A DNA stretch of 64,000 bases. Source: Octopus sinensis. Its lineage: Eukaryota. Position numbers and translations under genes: made by a program. The notes under the pieces are model-generated. The model was not told the DNA's origin, did not search any database, and worked only from the letters and a program-made list of their open reading frames with translations. Of the stretch, positions 13,136 through 27,419 are shown piece by piece (position 1 is the first letter of the stretch; each line of letters starts with the position of its first letter). Where the stretch lies: NCBI RefSeq assembly GCF_006345805.1, contig NC_043003.1:79112001-79176000 (forward strand), written 5' to 3'.

Positions 13136-13300
13136 ACCCCATCAATAATTAAATATTGAAATATTAAATTCGAAGGTACTAGAATAATTGAACATATCTC
13201 TCCACCTAACGGTATCAGGCAAATAATATTCAGTGTTAGTACCGCCGAATTCAAAACATGAATGAGGTTCAATATTTTAATATTTAATTATTTACGGGGT

Positions 13301-13383
13301 CCTATGCTGAAGATGAAAACGGTTGGTAAAGTATAATTTTATATTCTTCATTCCAACCTAATTCCGAAACGCGCGTCCATAGG
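13301..13383 (+). ncRNA. Type I hammerhead ribozyme (inverted-arm copy)
   Basis: Same as 13053-13135 except a G>U change at the first base of stem II. Confidence 0.75.
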
Positions 13384-13909
13384 TGACCAGATATTGATTG
13401 ATTTTCGTTACTTCTTCCTCTGTGCCTGTGTAGATTGTTTTCAAGTATTTTGGTTTTTCTATGAGTCCCTTTTTAAAGTAGAAGAAATAGCCAACGTTTT
13501 TTGGCTGCTATTTCTAAACTTCGGTATGTGGTAAAGCAAATATTTGCTGAACCCTAATTATTTAGTATATACATACATACATAGAAACAAAAATACCCTG
13601 TTGTTGATGTTGAAATTCCAATGAAGGAGCCTTGGTTCTAGGTTAGAAACCGGTTCTTTCTCTATTGGTAAGAAATCTTGAAATAAAACTGAACAATGAC
13701 ATTAACAACGATAGCAATATCATGGATATGTATCGTGGGGCCGAATGAGTTATCTTGTATGACTCTATGACGTGAACATCTCCCAGAATCTGCCGTGAGA
13801 CAACTAACCAATGAGTTACATGGTCGTTTGTCCCTGCTTGAAATAGATACCAAGATTCACTCAAGTAACTCTTCGTTGTTTCAGATAAAAGGGAGGACAA
13901 AGTATGTCC

Positions 13910-14079
13910 GTGAGGTGTGGTAAGGAGCTTACGTCCCAATTACATGACCCCGGGTTCAGTCCCACTGCGTGTTACCTTGGATAAGTGTCTTCTGCTATAG
14001 CCTCGGACCGACCAAAGCCTTGTGAGTGGATTTGGAAGACAGAAACTAAAAGAAGCCCGTTGAATATATGTGTGTGTGC

Positions 14080-14112
<33 letters not shown>

Positions 14113-14335
14113 TGTGTGTGTTTGTGTCTGTTTGTCCCCCACCATCACTTAACGACCAATGTTGGTATGCTTACGTCCCTGTAATTTAGCCGTTCGGCAA
14201 AAGACAGCGATAGAATAAGTAGTAAGCTTACAAAGAATAAGTCCTGGGGTTGATTTATCCGACTAAAACCATTTAAGGCAGTGCTCCAGCATGGCTGCAG
14301 TCAAATGACTAAAACAAGTAAAATGATAAAAGAAT
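13910..14335 (+). mobile_element. SINE family B
   Basis: Matches family consensus. Confidence 0.85.
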
Positions 14336-14389
14336 GACTTCGAAGTTAGCCTCACCTTCGACGAAAACAAGAATACAACAGGTTAAGTA

Positions 14390-14480
14390 ACGTTACTTAA
14401 CTGGAGAACACATACGCCATTGAAACCGGGAAATCGGGCCCAAGAGCCTGACTAGGCTTTAAAAGAGCGCATTTATTTAT
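14390..14480 (+). mobile_element. 3' fragment of SINE family D (V-domain-like)
   Basis: AACACATACGCCATTGAAACCGGG...GCGCATTTATT shared with 61688-61925. Confidence 0.65.
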
Positions 14481-14486
14481 TATTTA

Positions 14487-14872
14487 CTAGCAGTATCGCC
14501 CGGCGTTGCTCGGGTTTGTAAGGGAAATAACTATATAAGCATTTTTAGAGATGTAAAGTATAATAGCCATCTCAATATGGCTAACCACAAAGGGGGGACG
14601 TGTTACTGTAGCTTTTTACGTTCTGAGATTTAATAATACATTTTTAGAGAGTTACTTCCCTTATATAATAGCAAAAAAATGCATTAAAAATGGGAAAAAA
14701 TGATGGTAATTTTTTTTTAAATCGTAGACGCGCGCTAATACCCAGAAGGGCTCGATATGAATCACGACTATAAGATACCCGCTTTTGGTTACACTGCACC
14801 GCATAATGTGGGAGTAGTTAGGAATCTAAATCGTAGGAGACAGACACACAACTTCACTTTTATATATAAAGA
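14487..14872 (-). mobile_element. Non-autonomous Helitron-like element
   Basis: Reverse-complement homolog of 9993-10391 with A|TC...CTAG|T boundaries. Confidence 0.8.
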
Positions 14873-16818
14873 TTTGGAGCCACAATATTACTTTGAATCA
14901 GTGAAAAAAAATAGCCCCCCCACCCCCACCCACCCAAAAAAACCAACACATATCGAATTAACCGCTGATACACGATGTAAAAGAAAACAATCATGATGTT
15001 ACCTCGTAGCAAGTTTCTACAGCACGTTTCGAGCACTGTATCTCTCATCAAGTGGTTTATAAAGAGACAATCTTTCAGTAACCAATTATAGTGACGTACG
15101 TGTTTAGATATGCAACTTCCCAGAACGGACTGATATGCCGAAAAACTTTTATATCCAACCGGGTGAAACCATCTGACGAGGACAAAATCAACTCGAGTAG
15201 CGCTTGCGTGTGTGTGTGTGTGTGAACTCAAATTGATGTAATTACAAAAGACTGCGGGGCATTTTGTCCAACCGTCTAATAATTCTGCCGTTTATCTTTT
15301 CCCCCCAGTTATATTTTAGCAATATTTTGCAAAATGACCTTTCAATAAAACTAAGATTCTTGGAACCATGTGGTTGGGAAGCAAACTTCTTACCACACAG
15401 CCATTCCTTATTTCAGATTTCCTATCATATATTTTCAGAGAACAAAAGAGGGAATGACCAAGTTGATTGAGAGGGATGAAGGCGGTGGTTGATGGATTAT
15501 GGCCTGTGACTGTCGTCTTCTCTGACACTAAGATATCAGGATTTCTGCAATACTTAATTCTGAAATGGCCCGACCATATCAAGGAGAAACAATTCTCCAC
15601 TTTAAACTACCTATCAAGGGAGTCTCTGTGTGGAACTAACAACCAAATCTTCACTCTCATTACATTCTTCCGCCTTTGCACCATCGAATCAACAAACACT
15701 CACTTGGAACTTCCAGGACAATTGCTATATGTCTGTCATTGAATTTTCACAGGAGATTTTCAAAGGTGGTTGTCTTTGATGTGCGAGTATTTTTTCACCA
15801 GAAGCGTGTGCGGCAAGATACAGACACCTGTCTAAGTTACTCATAACGTGAAAAGCTTAAATAAACACCGCGAGGCAATTCCATCAATCATCCACCTTCG
15901 ATTAGTACGTTATTACACTCTACCATTTTTTTAAAGAATAAGGACCCATAGAAGATTGTAATCGTAGACGCATTATGCTGGGAGAAAATATTGAGATTCC
16001 TAGCTGGGTCGTCTTTGGCCTTAGCTGGGTCTGCTGGATCATGGATGGTCTATGGTTAAATAACAGGAATAGCAACAACAGAAGCACAGTAAAAGAAAAA
16101 AAAAACAGACGAATGTGTTGTAAGTTTCTGAAAGTGATTTAAACTTCTCATGCGTTCTATCTTCAAAAGAGATAGGAAGCTCAGTTTTGGTGGTGTCTAA
16201 GTGAACCAACGGATTGTAGAATTTACCATATCAGAGATCATAACCTGGTCTCTCTAAATATTTTTCAAAATACATAGAAGCTATAGTTTCATAAAATCAA
16301 TAGAGTATCCGACAAAATGACAAAATTGGTAGAATCAAAATGAAGGAATCAGTAAACGGTCGGAAAAATGACTTGTAGCGTTTAACAACTCTCCTACGCT
16401 CGTCATAACTTGCTAAATAACTATTACACTATAATAAAGAAAGCTACTGATTAATTAGTTATGAGTATGTAACTTTTACTGAAAGAAAGCAAAGTGTACG
16501 GTGTCGAGAAAATTCTTAAAAATTCCAATTTAAATATGTATTTTTTGTAAGATTTCAACGACGCAATTCAATCGGAAAACTAATTTTAATTCAGTGCGAA
16601 ATAAGCAGCTCTTTTTAGCATCTTGCTTCCTCCCCTCTCTCACCGTCTCTTTGCATCTCTTCTTTGTTTACCACTTTCATTCCTGAAAGTTTTCCTCTTT
16701 CGCTATCTTTATAACTTATCCTCATCTTTTTTTTTAAATCTCAATATCTTACTTCCTTCCACTTTTGTTTCTCTTCGCCTTTCCTCACATAGTCTGTTCC
16801 AGTTTCTTTCCTTGTAAC

Positions 16819-16869
<51 letters not shown>

Positions 16870-17467
16870 CCTCTCTCTTTCTCACTCTATTCCTTTCTCT
16901 CTCCCTTTGTCGCTCTCTGCCGCCTCTATTCAATTGTTCTCATTAAAAATAAGTGATTATAAAGCTTTTCTTTGAAATACTTAGAGAATATTTGTAACAA
17001 AAAGTTTGTCCTGTATCTATTTATCATATCAAAATTACATAGAATTTTTTCATTTCAAGCTTCCTTCCGTTATACACAAATGTGTAAACCATGATCCTGT
17101 GAATAATGAAAGGTTTGGGTTATTTTCCGCGAATATGTCGACTTATTTATCGGTAGATAATATATTGATTACGTTTAACACGTATAAGAAATTGTACCTA
17201 TAAGAGTGGCCCGGCTACCAAATGAGACCATTGTGAAAATCTTTACACCATCTTCTATGACAGGAGAGTGCAATAAGTTTTAATTTGTCTGGTGGTTTTG
17301 GCGAAAGAAGTTACATGGCGGACAAAATGAAAAGGCTGAAGACAGTTACCTTTGACCAAGCCATCATCAAATTTTTCAAGATACACTTGAATAGGAAACT
17401 AAGAGTGAAAAGGAAAGTGCTGCTTCACAGCAAATTTCTTCAAAGGTAAGCGAATGTGGCAAAGATT

Positions 17468-18042
17468 CAGGGCCGTCGCTAAGCCCCTGCAACCCCTGCG
17501 GTCGCAAGGGACCTCCGCAGTTGAGGAGCCCCATATCAAGGTCAAAGTAAGATGTTGAACAAGAATTAAACTATCTATGTTGAATGAAAATTTCACGAAA
17601 TAAAATGGTAATACATTGTACCTGCAAAAGTTCTTGTAAAAATATTACATTGTACCACGAACGTGTACTAGACTTTGCGGATTGTCTATGATATCTAATG
17701 AACACGAACTTAGCTCTCAGCTTGATTATTCTGACCGGATCGATGATTTCGCGAAGCAAAAAATGCGCCGTGTTTGTCTTTGAAAGTTACCTGGATTATA
17801 AAAATGCTCTTTTATTCATATCTGGAAGTTTTACTTATTGAAATTTGTAACAGACCTAAATAAATTTAAAGATGTCCTTTAGGATAACGTGAAATATTGA
17901 ACTTCAGATAGAATAAAGTAAAATATAATTAGGAATTACATAGCTCTCAGCTTGAAGGTGCGTAGATTATGAATTTTGAATGAAAGGATGGGACCTCGAA
18001 ACAAAGTTGCAGGGAGCCTCTAAAAGTTACGCGACGGAGTTG
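17468..18042 (+). mobile_element. Internally deleted hAT transposon
   Basis: Imperfect TIRs CAGGGCCGTCGCTA / TACGCGACGGAGTTG; 8-bp flanks CAAAGATT and CAAGGATG; remnant ELSSQLDYSDRIDDFAKQKMRR of the hAT C-terminus. Confidence 0.7.
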
Positions 18043-18201
18043 CAAGGATGGCACGAGTTCGAATCTTTTGTTTCTTTGTTTTTATTATTGAACTGTTTAC
18101 ACGCTGTTTTGTGTTACGCTCTAAAGTCCTGTACCGTCCTATACCGTCCTCGACCTTTTTTCGAGTCCCCAGTGGACAATAAAGAAAACACTGGTATTAT
18201 T

Positions 18202-18400
18202 AAGGCGGCGAGCTAGCAGAATTGTTAGCACACCGGCGAAAATAGCGGTATTTCGTCCGTCTTTACGATAGGAGTTCAAATTCCGCTGAGGCTGACTTTC
18301 AGGGTCTATAAGATAAGTACCAGTTGAGCACTGAGGTTGACGTAATCGATTTACCCCACTCCCAAAATTGCTGGCCTTGTGTCAAAAACTGAAACCATTA
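18202..18400 (+). mobile_element. SINE family A
   Basis: GGCGGCGAGCTAGCAG head, B box GAGTTCAAATTC, (ATT)n tail. Confidence 0.8.
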
Positions 18401-18453
18401 TTATTATTACGATGATGATAATGATCATCATCATCATCAATATAATTGTTGTG

Positions 18454-18490
<37 letters not shown>

Positions 18491-18495
18491 TATTA

Positions 18496-18546
<51 letters not shown>

Positions 18547-18556
18547 TATTATTATT

Positions 18557-19098
18557 GAGTGAGAGAGCAGTGCATGCCTTCAAAGTGACACTGGGGTAAA
18601 ATATACGAAGCCTAGTATACCCATCATGACTACCTGTCTGATAAGGGTACACCAGGCACATGCATCACAACTATATGTGTGCGACATTGTGATCTTGTAT
18701 CAAGATAAACAGTGTATGACATTACAAGTGGAGCCCAGTTAGAACTTTCTTCAGGTCGAGTAGCCCAGCTCGCTCAAATGGTCCCTGAATGAGGGTTGTT
18801 TAAGGATGTTGAACGAAACACTCATGTTTCCAAAGGGTGAATTATTCAAACCCCAAAGAATCCCTCTCAACACATGGCTATGATGCTCCCCCACTAATTC
18901 TGCTCGTGACCAGTGATGCACATATCGCCAGCCACTAAGAGACATGCTCAAATGGTTAAAGTCAAACAACTGACAGGCAAATCTGTGGTTTTGAGCAGAA
19001 TATTTGCTGTAGCTCATCTCTTATACCAAGATAAAACAATATACATGATAACACTTCCAATCAGTTAAGATCAGAAGCCACGAGAGCCACTGCCCGGT
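18557..19098 (-). mobile_element. Family E retroposon in a (TAA)n array
   Basis: Homologous to 2027-2584. Confidence 0.85.
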
Positions 19099-19099
19099 A

Positions 19100-19133
<34 letters not shown>

Positions 19134-19144
19134 GCTACTACTAC

Positions 19145-19177
<33 letters not shown>

Positions 19178-19814
19178 CATCGTCATCATCATTATCGTCA
19201 CCATCATTATCACCATCATCATCGCCGTCGTCGTCGTCGTCGTCATCATCATTATCATCTTCATCATTAGCAAAATACTTTGCAGTAATTAATTACATCT
19301 CCCCCCACCCACCCGCCCACCTTTCATTCAAATCCCGTTAAGGTCGACTTACGCTTATTTTCATGCTACCTGAGTCGATAAAATCAGTACCAGTCAATTT
19401 TCTGTTGTTGATGTAATCGACGCTTTTTTTCCCCCCTCCACAATTAATTAATTTATATCTTTGTGTATCTTTACTAGAAATAATTATAAATCGTTTCCCT
19501 TTCATCCCAGCCTCTCTAAGTCTGTCACCAGTTGTTGTGTCCACGCCTAAAATCAATTTGTCACCATTTGTTGTCCGTACCTCAGTTTTTCTCCGGTGTT
19601 AACTTTGCCACCATCGGTTGTCCACGTTTCTATCTTTAAATCTATCTTTAAATCTATCTTTAAATCTATCATCACCTGTTATTCACACTTCGTCATCAAT
19701 CCAATCAACACCTGTTGTTCACATCCCGGTTTCTTTGATAAAACATAATAGCAACAAATAGCCATTTTCAACCACAACAACAACAACAACAGTAGCATCA
19801 AAGTAAATAATATG

Positions 19815-20385
<571 letters not shown>

Positions 20386-20741
20386 GTAATAATAATAATA
20401 ATAGTAATAATAGTAATAATAATAAGGAGGAGGGTGAAAGAGGAATAGGAAGGGGAGGCGGAGAAGGGGGAGGAAGGGGAAGGGGAAGTGGAGGAAGAGG
20501 GGGAGGAGGAGGGGAGGAAGATGATGATGATGATGATGATGAAGTTTTTTTTTTTTATATATTAGAGCGGCATATGGGTGGTATTAACAGGGCAAGTTAC
20601 AAAAACGATGGAGAGGCTTTTTACACGAAGTTGTAATCGGGAAAGAATGTATGAATGCAAACAAAGGAATAAGCGTATCCCCAAAAAAAGAAAGTGAGGT
20701 ACCTATTTAGGCCCAAATCAAGGAACTCTATGGACCTCATC

Positions 20742-20763
20742 GTATCCTAATTACCAAGGACAA

Positions 20764-20826
<63 letters not shown>

Positions 20827-20935
20827 TTTCTCTCTCTCTCTCTCTCTCACCCAGGTGTGGACCCCCTCAATCTACAATCACATACTTATTGTAGGGTCCA
20901 CCGAGTTTATCCTAATTACCAAGGACAAGTACTCT

Positions 20936-20977
<42 letters not shown>

Positions 20978-21037
20978 ACCCAGGTGTGGACCCCCTCAAT
21001 CTACAATCACATACTTATTGTAGGGTCCACCGAGTTT
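20742..21037. repeat. Tandem duplication containing (CT)n and a hairpin
   Basis: TATCCTAATTACCAAGGACAAGTAC(TC)n ACCCAGGTGTGGACCC...GGGTCCACCGAGTTT occurs twice. Confidence 0.9.
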
Positions 21038-21639
21038 AGTTATTCATAGTCGCCCGTATTTGCTACTTTGGAGAAGAGTTACTGAAACATGGCTTTTTTA
21101 CTTGTGTTACCTTTATCATCCTCTTCAAACAATAATTATAGTTTTAACAAAGAATTAAATTGATCTAAAGTATCCTCATCCCCACCCACCACCTAACCAT
21201 CCGTCGTTTCACTACCCCACCCGGCTCCAATATCCCCTATCTCAGCACCCACCACTTCGACACTTAACAACTTAACAACCACCAGTTCAACTCCCCTCCG
21301 TATTGCCCCTCCACCCCCCGCTTTCGACACAATAACACACCGACCGGCTCGACACCACCAAGCCAGCCTCGCTCCTCTCGATATCGCCACCGCCCTCAAG
21401 CTCGCCACCCACCCTTCTTTTCATCACACACACCACACGTCACCACCCTCCAAGATTATTATCCACCCCCGCACCACCCCACCACCACCACCACCTTCAG
21501 GCTCACCACCATTCTCACTCAAGCTCACTACCACCCTCACCAACACCACACACCCACGATCGTCACCTCCACGTCAATAATCGACACCACCATCTCCATC
21601 ATTATCACCCCAGCCATCACACCACTCTCATCACCACCA

Positions 21640-22325
21640 CCGCCTATACCACTACCATTACAATTACCACTAACATCACCACCACCATTGCCACCACCGA
21701 CACCACCATTACCACAACCATCACCACCATTATCACAACCACCACCACCACCACCACCACAATTTCCACCACTCCCGCAACCGTCACCACCATTACCACC
21801 ACCGACACCACCATTACCACCATCATCACCACCACACCACCATCACCACCACCACCACCACCACAATTTCCACTACTCCCCCAACCGTCACCACCATTGC
21901 CACCACCGACACCACCACCACCATCACCACCACCACCATCACCACCACCACCACCACAATTTCCACCACTACCCCCCACCGTCACGACCATCACCACCAC
22001 CACCACCACCACCACCACCACCACAATTTCCACCACTTCCCCTACCGTCACCACCATTGCCACCACCGACACCACCACCACCACCACAATTTCCACCACT
22101 ACCCCCCACCGTCACGACCATCACCACCACCACCACCACCACCACCACAATTTCCACCACTACCCCCCATCATCACACACCACACCACAATTTCCACCAC
22201 TACCCCCACCGTCACCACCATTGCCACCACCGACACCACCACCACCATCACCACCACCACCACCACAATTTCCACCACTACCCCCCACCGTCACGACCAT
22301 TACCACTACCACCACCTCCACCACT
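21640..22325. repeat. CCA-rich minisatellite
   Basis: Recurrent unit CACCACAATTTCCACCACTACCCCCCACCGTCAC. Confidence 0.9.
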
Positions 22326-22710
22326 GTTCATTGAAGGTAGAGCTGAACTAAACGCTAAACCTTGTCTCTTGACTGAAAGTGGTTTAATCACAGAGATACA
22401 TACAATGTCTTGTAGCAAGTGGAATGGAGAAGCGGATAGTAGAACAGAGAAATGGCATAGGAACAGGGGAATGGAAGAATAAACGAACGGTTATTGTGGA
22501 GAGAAAGAAGGAAAGAAAAGGAAGAAGGAAGTGAGGAAGGAAGGAAGGAAGGAAGGAAGGACGAAGGAAATACAAACAAAGAAATAAGATGTTTATTGAT
22601 AAGCTCACGTGTAACATCTGTTGTAGTTACTGGAGCATTGCGTGTTTATGTTGTAGTGTGTGTGTGTGTGTGTTTGTGTGGGTTTGTGTTTGTGTGTTTG
22701 CGTATGTGTA

Positions 22711-22767
<57 letters not shown>

Positions 22768-22849
22768 GTGTGTGTACGTGTGGTTGTGAGTTATGTATAC
22801 GGTTGGAGAGTCGGTTGTGACGCTTCGCTAATCACCAGCTGAAGTACAT

Positions 22850-23342
<493 letters not shown>

Positions 23343-24139
23343 TAGTAAGCCATAATCTCAAAATATTGATCTCTTCCTCCCCCCTCTCTCTCTGTCGCCC
23401 CACTCACACACATATATGCCTGCATAAATATCCGTGTGTATGACTATATTAACTGATATAGGAGCATGTGTGTGAGTGTGTGTGTGTGTATGTGTGTGTG
23501 CGTGTGTGTGTGTGCGCGCGCTTATTAATGAACACTTAAGATTTGTTCAATCCTATTTCTGCATACATACTGTGTACATTTGAGAAAAGAAATAATTCAT
23601 TCATATTCAAGATCTGCAGACGACAATCTATACTTTCAAATTTGCCAAACGCAAATACAAAAACAATTACCATATGAACGATATCTCTTGAATATGGCTG
23701 TCTTTCTTTCTCACAAAAGTCTGAGCTTATTTCATTTTTTTTTTTTTTTCAACAAAACTAAAATACGGTGTCTACATCGTATTTTTAGAATCAGAATATA
23801 TTGTAACAAAGGCGGTAGAAACGATTATCTTTATAACAAAAATATATGGAACTTCATTTTTATGTTTGGTTTTACAACTTTACTTCTGTATTGAGAATAT
23901 CCAACGTCAATTGCATTTGTTTAAGCTTTGTAAAATACATGGCTAACAGTGTTGTCTTGCATAGACTTTTAATGTTATTGTGAATAGGAAAAGCAATATC
24001 CATGGTGCTTTACAGGGCATCGGGGACTGGTGAAAGGTAGGGAGGAACAACGTTGTTTTCAAGCCGGATTCATAGCTTCAATGCTAGTAATTGTAGAAGA
24101 CTCCTCCATTGAAACCCAAGGTGTCAGTGATATAGAAAT

Positions 24140-24460
24140 GGTAAAAGGATAAAGACTCTTTTCGGTCATTGAATGACCAAGGTATTGCACGTAGAATGTT
24201 ACCCTCCGAGGCACAAGTGAGCAGAGTTGTTTATGGCAGACTAGCAGTCGCACATGCATACCAGCCTCTGCTGTCCATGTCACAAGCTGATACAGATTGG
24301 CACCAATGACGTCGCAACTCATTTCTGCAGCTGGGTGAACTGAGGCAACGTGAAATAAAGTGTCCTGCTCAAGAACACAACACACAGCCCGGTCCGGGAA
24401 TCGAACTCAGTATCCCATGATTGTAAGCCCGAAGCTCTAACCACTGAGCCATGTGCCTTC
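24140..24460 (-). mobile_element. SINE with family D head/core and a distinct tail
   Basis: TGGCTCAGTGG A box, GAGTTCGATTCC B box, CTTGAGCAGGACACTTTATTTCACGTTG core. Confidence 0.75.
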
Positions 24461-24848
24461 AGTGGTATACCGGGCAACGAATTAAATAGGCCGTGACAGG
24501 ATTTGAGCTCAGAGCTAAAACAGCTGGACGCAAAAATTTGCAAGGACCAATATTTCTTCTGTTCCCCACCAATCCACGCTTCTAGATTCTTTCTTTAAAT
24601 CTTTTAATTTGTTTTCAGTCATTAGACTGCGTCCATGCTGGGGCACCACCTCGAAGAATTTTTAGTCGAATGAATAGACCCCAGTACTTATTTATTTATG
24701 TTTTTAAGCCTGGTACTCATTCTATCGGTTACTTTTCCGAACCGCTAAGTTACGGGTGCATAAACACATCAACACCAGTTGTCAAGCGATGGTAGGGCAC
24801 AAACACAGACACAAAGACGTGCGTACGCACACCACACACACACACACA

Positions 24849-25755
24849 CAGAGTAAACCCTTGCCATATCGCGGTTCACCTGTCACGCACTCAGTATATC
24901 GCGGAATTTTCTGGCTAATATATGTAAATTTATATCGCGGATTCCTCCGTGTATCGCGGGTTTCTGCGGCCGATAGTTATTTATATTCTTTTAAATTTTA
25001 ATTACTTCTGTGGTAAAATAAGCATACTCACACCTAAAAATTAATAAATTAACAAATACGAATAGAGTACAGTACTGCATTGTATAACACATTAATTAAA
25101 ATATATTAAAAGAAAATACATAAGAAAATACAAGGCGCAGGAGTGGCTGTGTGGTAATTAGCTTGCTAACCAGCCACATGGTTCCGGGTTCAGTCCCACT
25201 GCGTGGCATCTTGGGCAAGTGTCTTCTGCTATAGCCCCGGGCCGACCAATGCCTTGTGAGTGGATTTGGTAGACGGAAACTGAAAGAAGCCTGTCATATA
25301 TATGTATATATATATATGTATGTGTGTGTGTGTCTGTGTTTGTCCCCCTAGCATTGCTTGACAGCCAATGCTGGTGTGTTTACGTCCCCGTTACTTAGCG
25401 GTTCGGCAAAAGAGACCGATAGAATAAGTACTGGGCTTAAAAAGAATAACTCCCGGGGTCGATTTGCTCGACTAAAGGCGGTGCTCCAGCATGGCTGCAG
25501 TCAAATGACTGAAACAAGTAAAAGAGAGAGAGAAAGAGAGTCTAACGTAGATGAGTAAACAAAGAAACGCACATACTGTATGGAAAACAAAACTCGGGAG
25601 GCGAGTGCGTGGTATTGTTTTGCATTTCTAATAACACAAATTATAAAAATGATTAAAAAAATATATACAGTGCAGTACTGTTTCTACTTCGCGGATTTTC
25701 ACAATCATGGAATGTTTTGGAACGTAACGCCCGCGATAGTCGAGGGATTACTCTG
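24849..25755. mobile_element. Pogo/Tigger-like MITE, inserted in one SINE B and carrying another
   Basis: TIRs CAGAGTAAACCCTTGCCATATCGCGG / CCGCGATAGTCGAGGGATTACTCTG|TA; host SINE at 24600-24848 resumes at 25756. Confidence 0.75.
25133..25530 (+). mobile_element. SINE family B, full length
   Basis: GGCGCAGGAGTGGCTGTGTGG...GGTTCAGTCCCACTGCGTGGCATCTTGGGCAAG...AAACAAGTAAAAGAG. Confidence 0.9.
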
Positions 25756-25823
25756 TATACGATGGGCTACTTTCAGAGCTTTTTCGCATCCTTATGCTTC
25801 GTGTTAATTATGTGTGTGTGTGT

Positions 25824-25885
<62 letters not shown>

Positions 25886-25890
<5 letters not shown>

Positions 25891-26190
25891 GGCATTAAAA
25901 CGTTCGGGCAGATAGACGACACAAAGGCGGACAAGAGAAACAACAATTAGAAGGACATATAAAAAAGACGGGTCATTCTTGACTTTCTTTCATCAGTCAA
26001 GTCCTAGAAGTCATGACAATTTCAGGCAGTTACACTTGAGATGGTTCGATCTTGTTATCCCCCGAAATGTCTAAGCTAAGAGTATTAGACCCCTTTGTAA
26101 AAAAAGCTAGCGAATGTGTACGGTAACAAAGTAAAAAAAAAAAAAAAAACAACAAATAAACAAAAAGTGGAGAACATATATGCAATGGGC
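25886..26190 (-). mobile_element. TA-embedded repeat, probable Penelope-like pLTR fragment
   Basis: Homology to 7362-7575; abuts (TA)n. Confidence 0.5.
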
Positions 26191-26717
26191 TTCATATGTT
26201 TACATTTTTAAAGTTCCACTCTCAAATCAGTCATTCGGCCACAGTAAGCAATGGTAAAAAAAAAAAAATCACTTGCACAAAGTGCGTGGCCCTGGTATTG
26301 AACGTAGAACTGCTTAGTCGCGAATCAAATTTATTAAGCACAAATCCTCATGCATACTCCTTACAATCTCTCTTTCTCTCCCTCAAATTTTCTCTCTCTC
26401 ACACACACACACACTCCTATCCCCGCCCCTCTCTCTCTTGATTTTTATCGTTTGCACCTTTATCCATTTATTCTGATTTTACCCTCACCAATATTTCCTT
26501 CTCACTTTTCCATTCCCTCCCCCTCTTTCTCACTGTTCCATGACATTCCTATCCATTTACATTCTTTCGTTTCCTTATAAAAGGGTCTCTCTGGTGTTTC
26601 TTTCATTGTATAAATCTTCCATATTTTTAACACTTCTGCCTTTTTGTCAAATTTTCCTTGTCATGAATATACTTTTTCCATCATTTGTTTCCCATTGTGG
26701 TAACTCTCCCTCTCCCC

Positions 26718-26748
<31 letters not shown>

Positions 26749-27135
26749 CTTTTTTCATTCCCTCCTCTCTTCCCCATCATACAGCGAAGTTTCCTTTAAT
26801 GATTCAATCCATCTTCTCTAGATCTGTTTTGTGGAATTCAACTAAACACAACAACCAGAACTAGTCATTAATTTAAGATATTCGTTGTAGTTCCTCTATT
26901 TTTATCGACTTCCATACCACACACAAATGTTGCCAACAAAAACCGTTATTTCTTATTTTCCCAAACTACAACTGGAATCATCAATATTTTTTTTTCTCTC
27001 TATCTCCCTTGTCGAATACTTCCAATTTAAAGCTTCCATTCCAATTTATATCTCACCTGAAATCCTTGTCACTATTATTACTTACGCTATATGTTCATTT
27101 TGTTCACAGTCAAGAAATTTGAGATTTCATTCTGT

Positions 27136-27207
<72 letters not shown>

Positions 27208-27243
27208 TATATATAATATATATATATATATACACACACACAG

Positions 27244-27274
<31 letters not shown>

Positions 27275-27419
27275 AAAAACTTACTTGGAAATGTATGCGT
27301 AGCGTTCAATCATATGAAAATATAAATTATATATATATAAACACACACACACACACACACATATATATATGCATGTGTACATACATATATGTACATATTT
27401 ACATATATATATCTATATA

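Larger units (their letters stand above)
12770..13568. mobile_element. Fold-back non-autonomous Penelope-like element with two hammerheads
   Basis: Inverted arms ~12868-13168 and ~13268-13568, ~100-nt spacer, ~100-nt unpaired left tail; homologous to 47310-48309. Confidence 0.8.
11952..13700 (+). pseudogene. R4/Dong-like retrotransposon 3' fragment (CCHC finger, RLE, 3' UTR) interrupted by a fold-back element
   Basis: CRFCRVNTVDITHLISSC zinc finger, RHD motif and NRPDIIMIWDREEKLCTVVEISCP...IPVIIGALG; coding ends at 12628; the putative UTR (CATA)n run is split by the insertion at 12770-13568. Confidence 0.8.

Noticed and set aside
15160-15200. GAAAC...CTGACGAG hammerhead-like words
   Set aside because: No pairing stems in a valid topology
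21688-22482. Extensin/formin-like proline-rich ORF
   Set aside because: Produced by a CCA minisatellite; the unique tail has no recognisable motif
25133-25210. tRNA genes at SINE heads (also 33721, 55040, 60752, 61688)
   Set aside because: They have A/B boxes but run into multi-copy SINE bodies and lack complete cloverleaves
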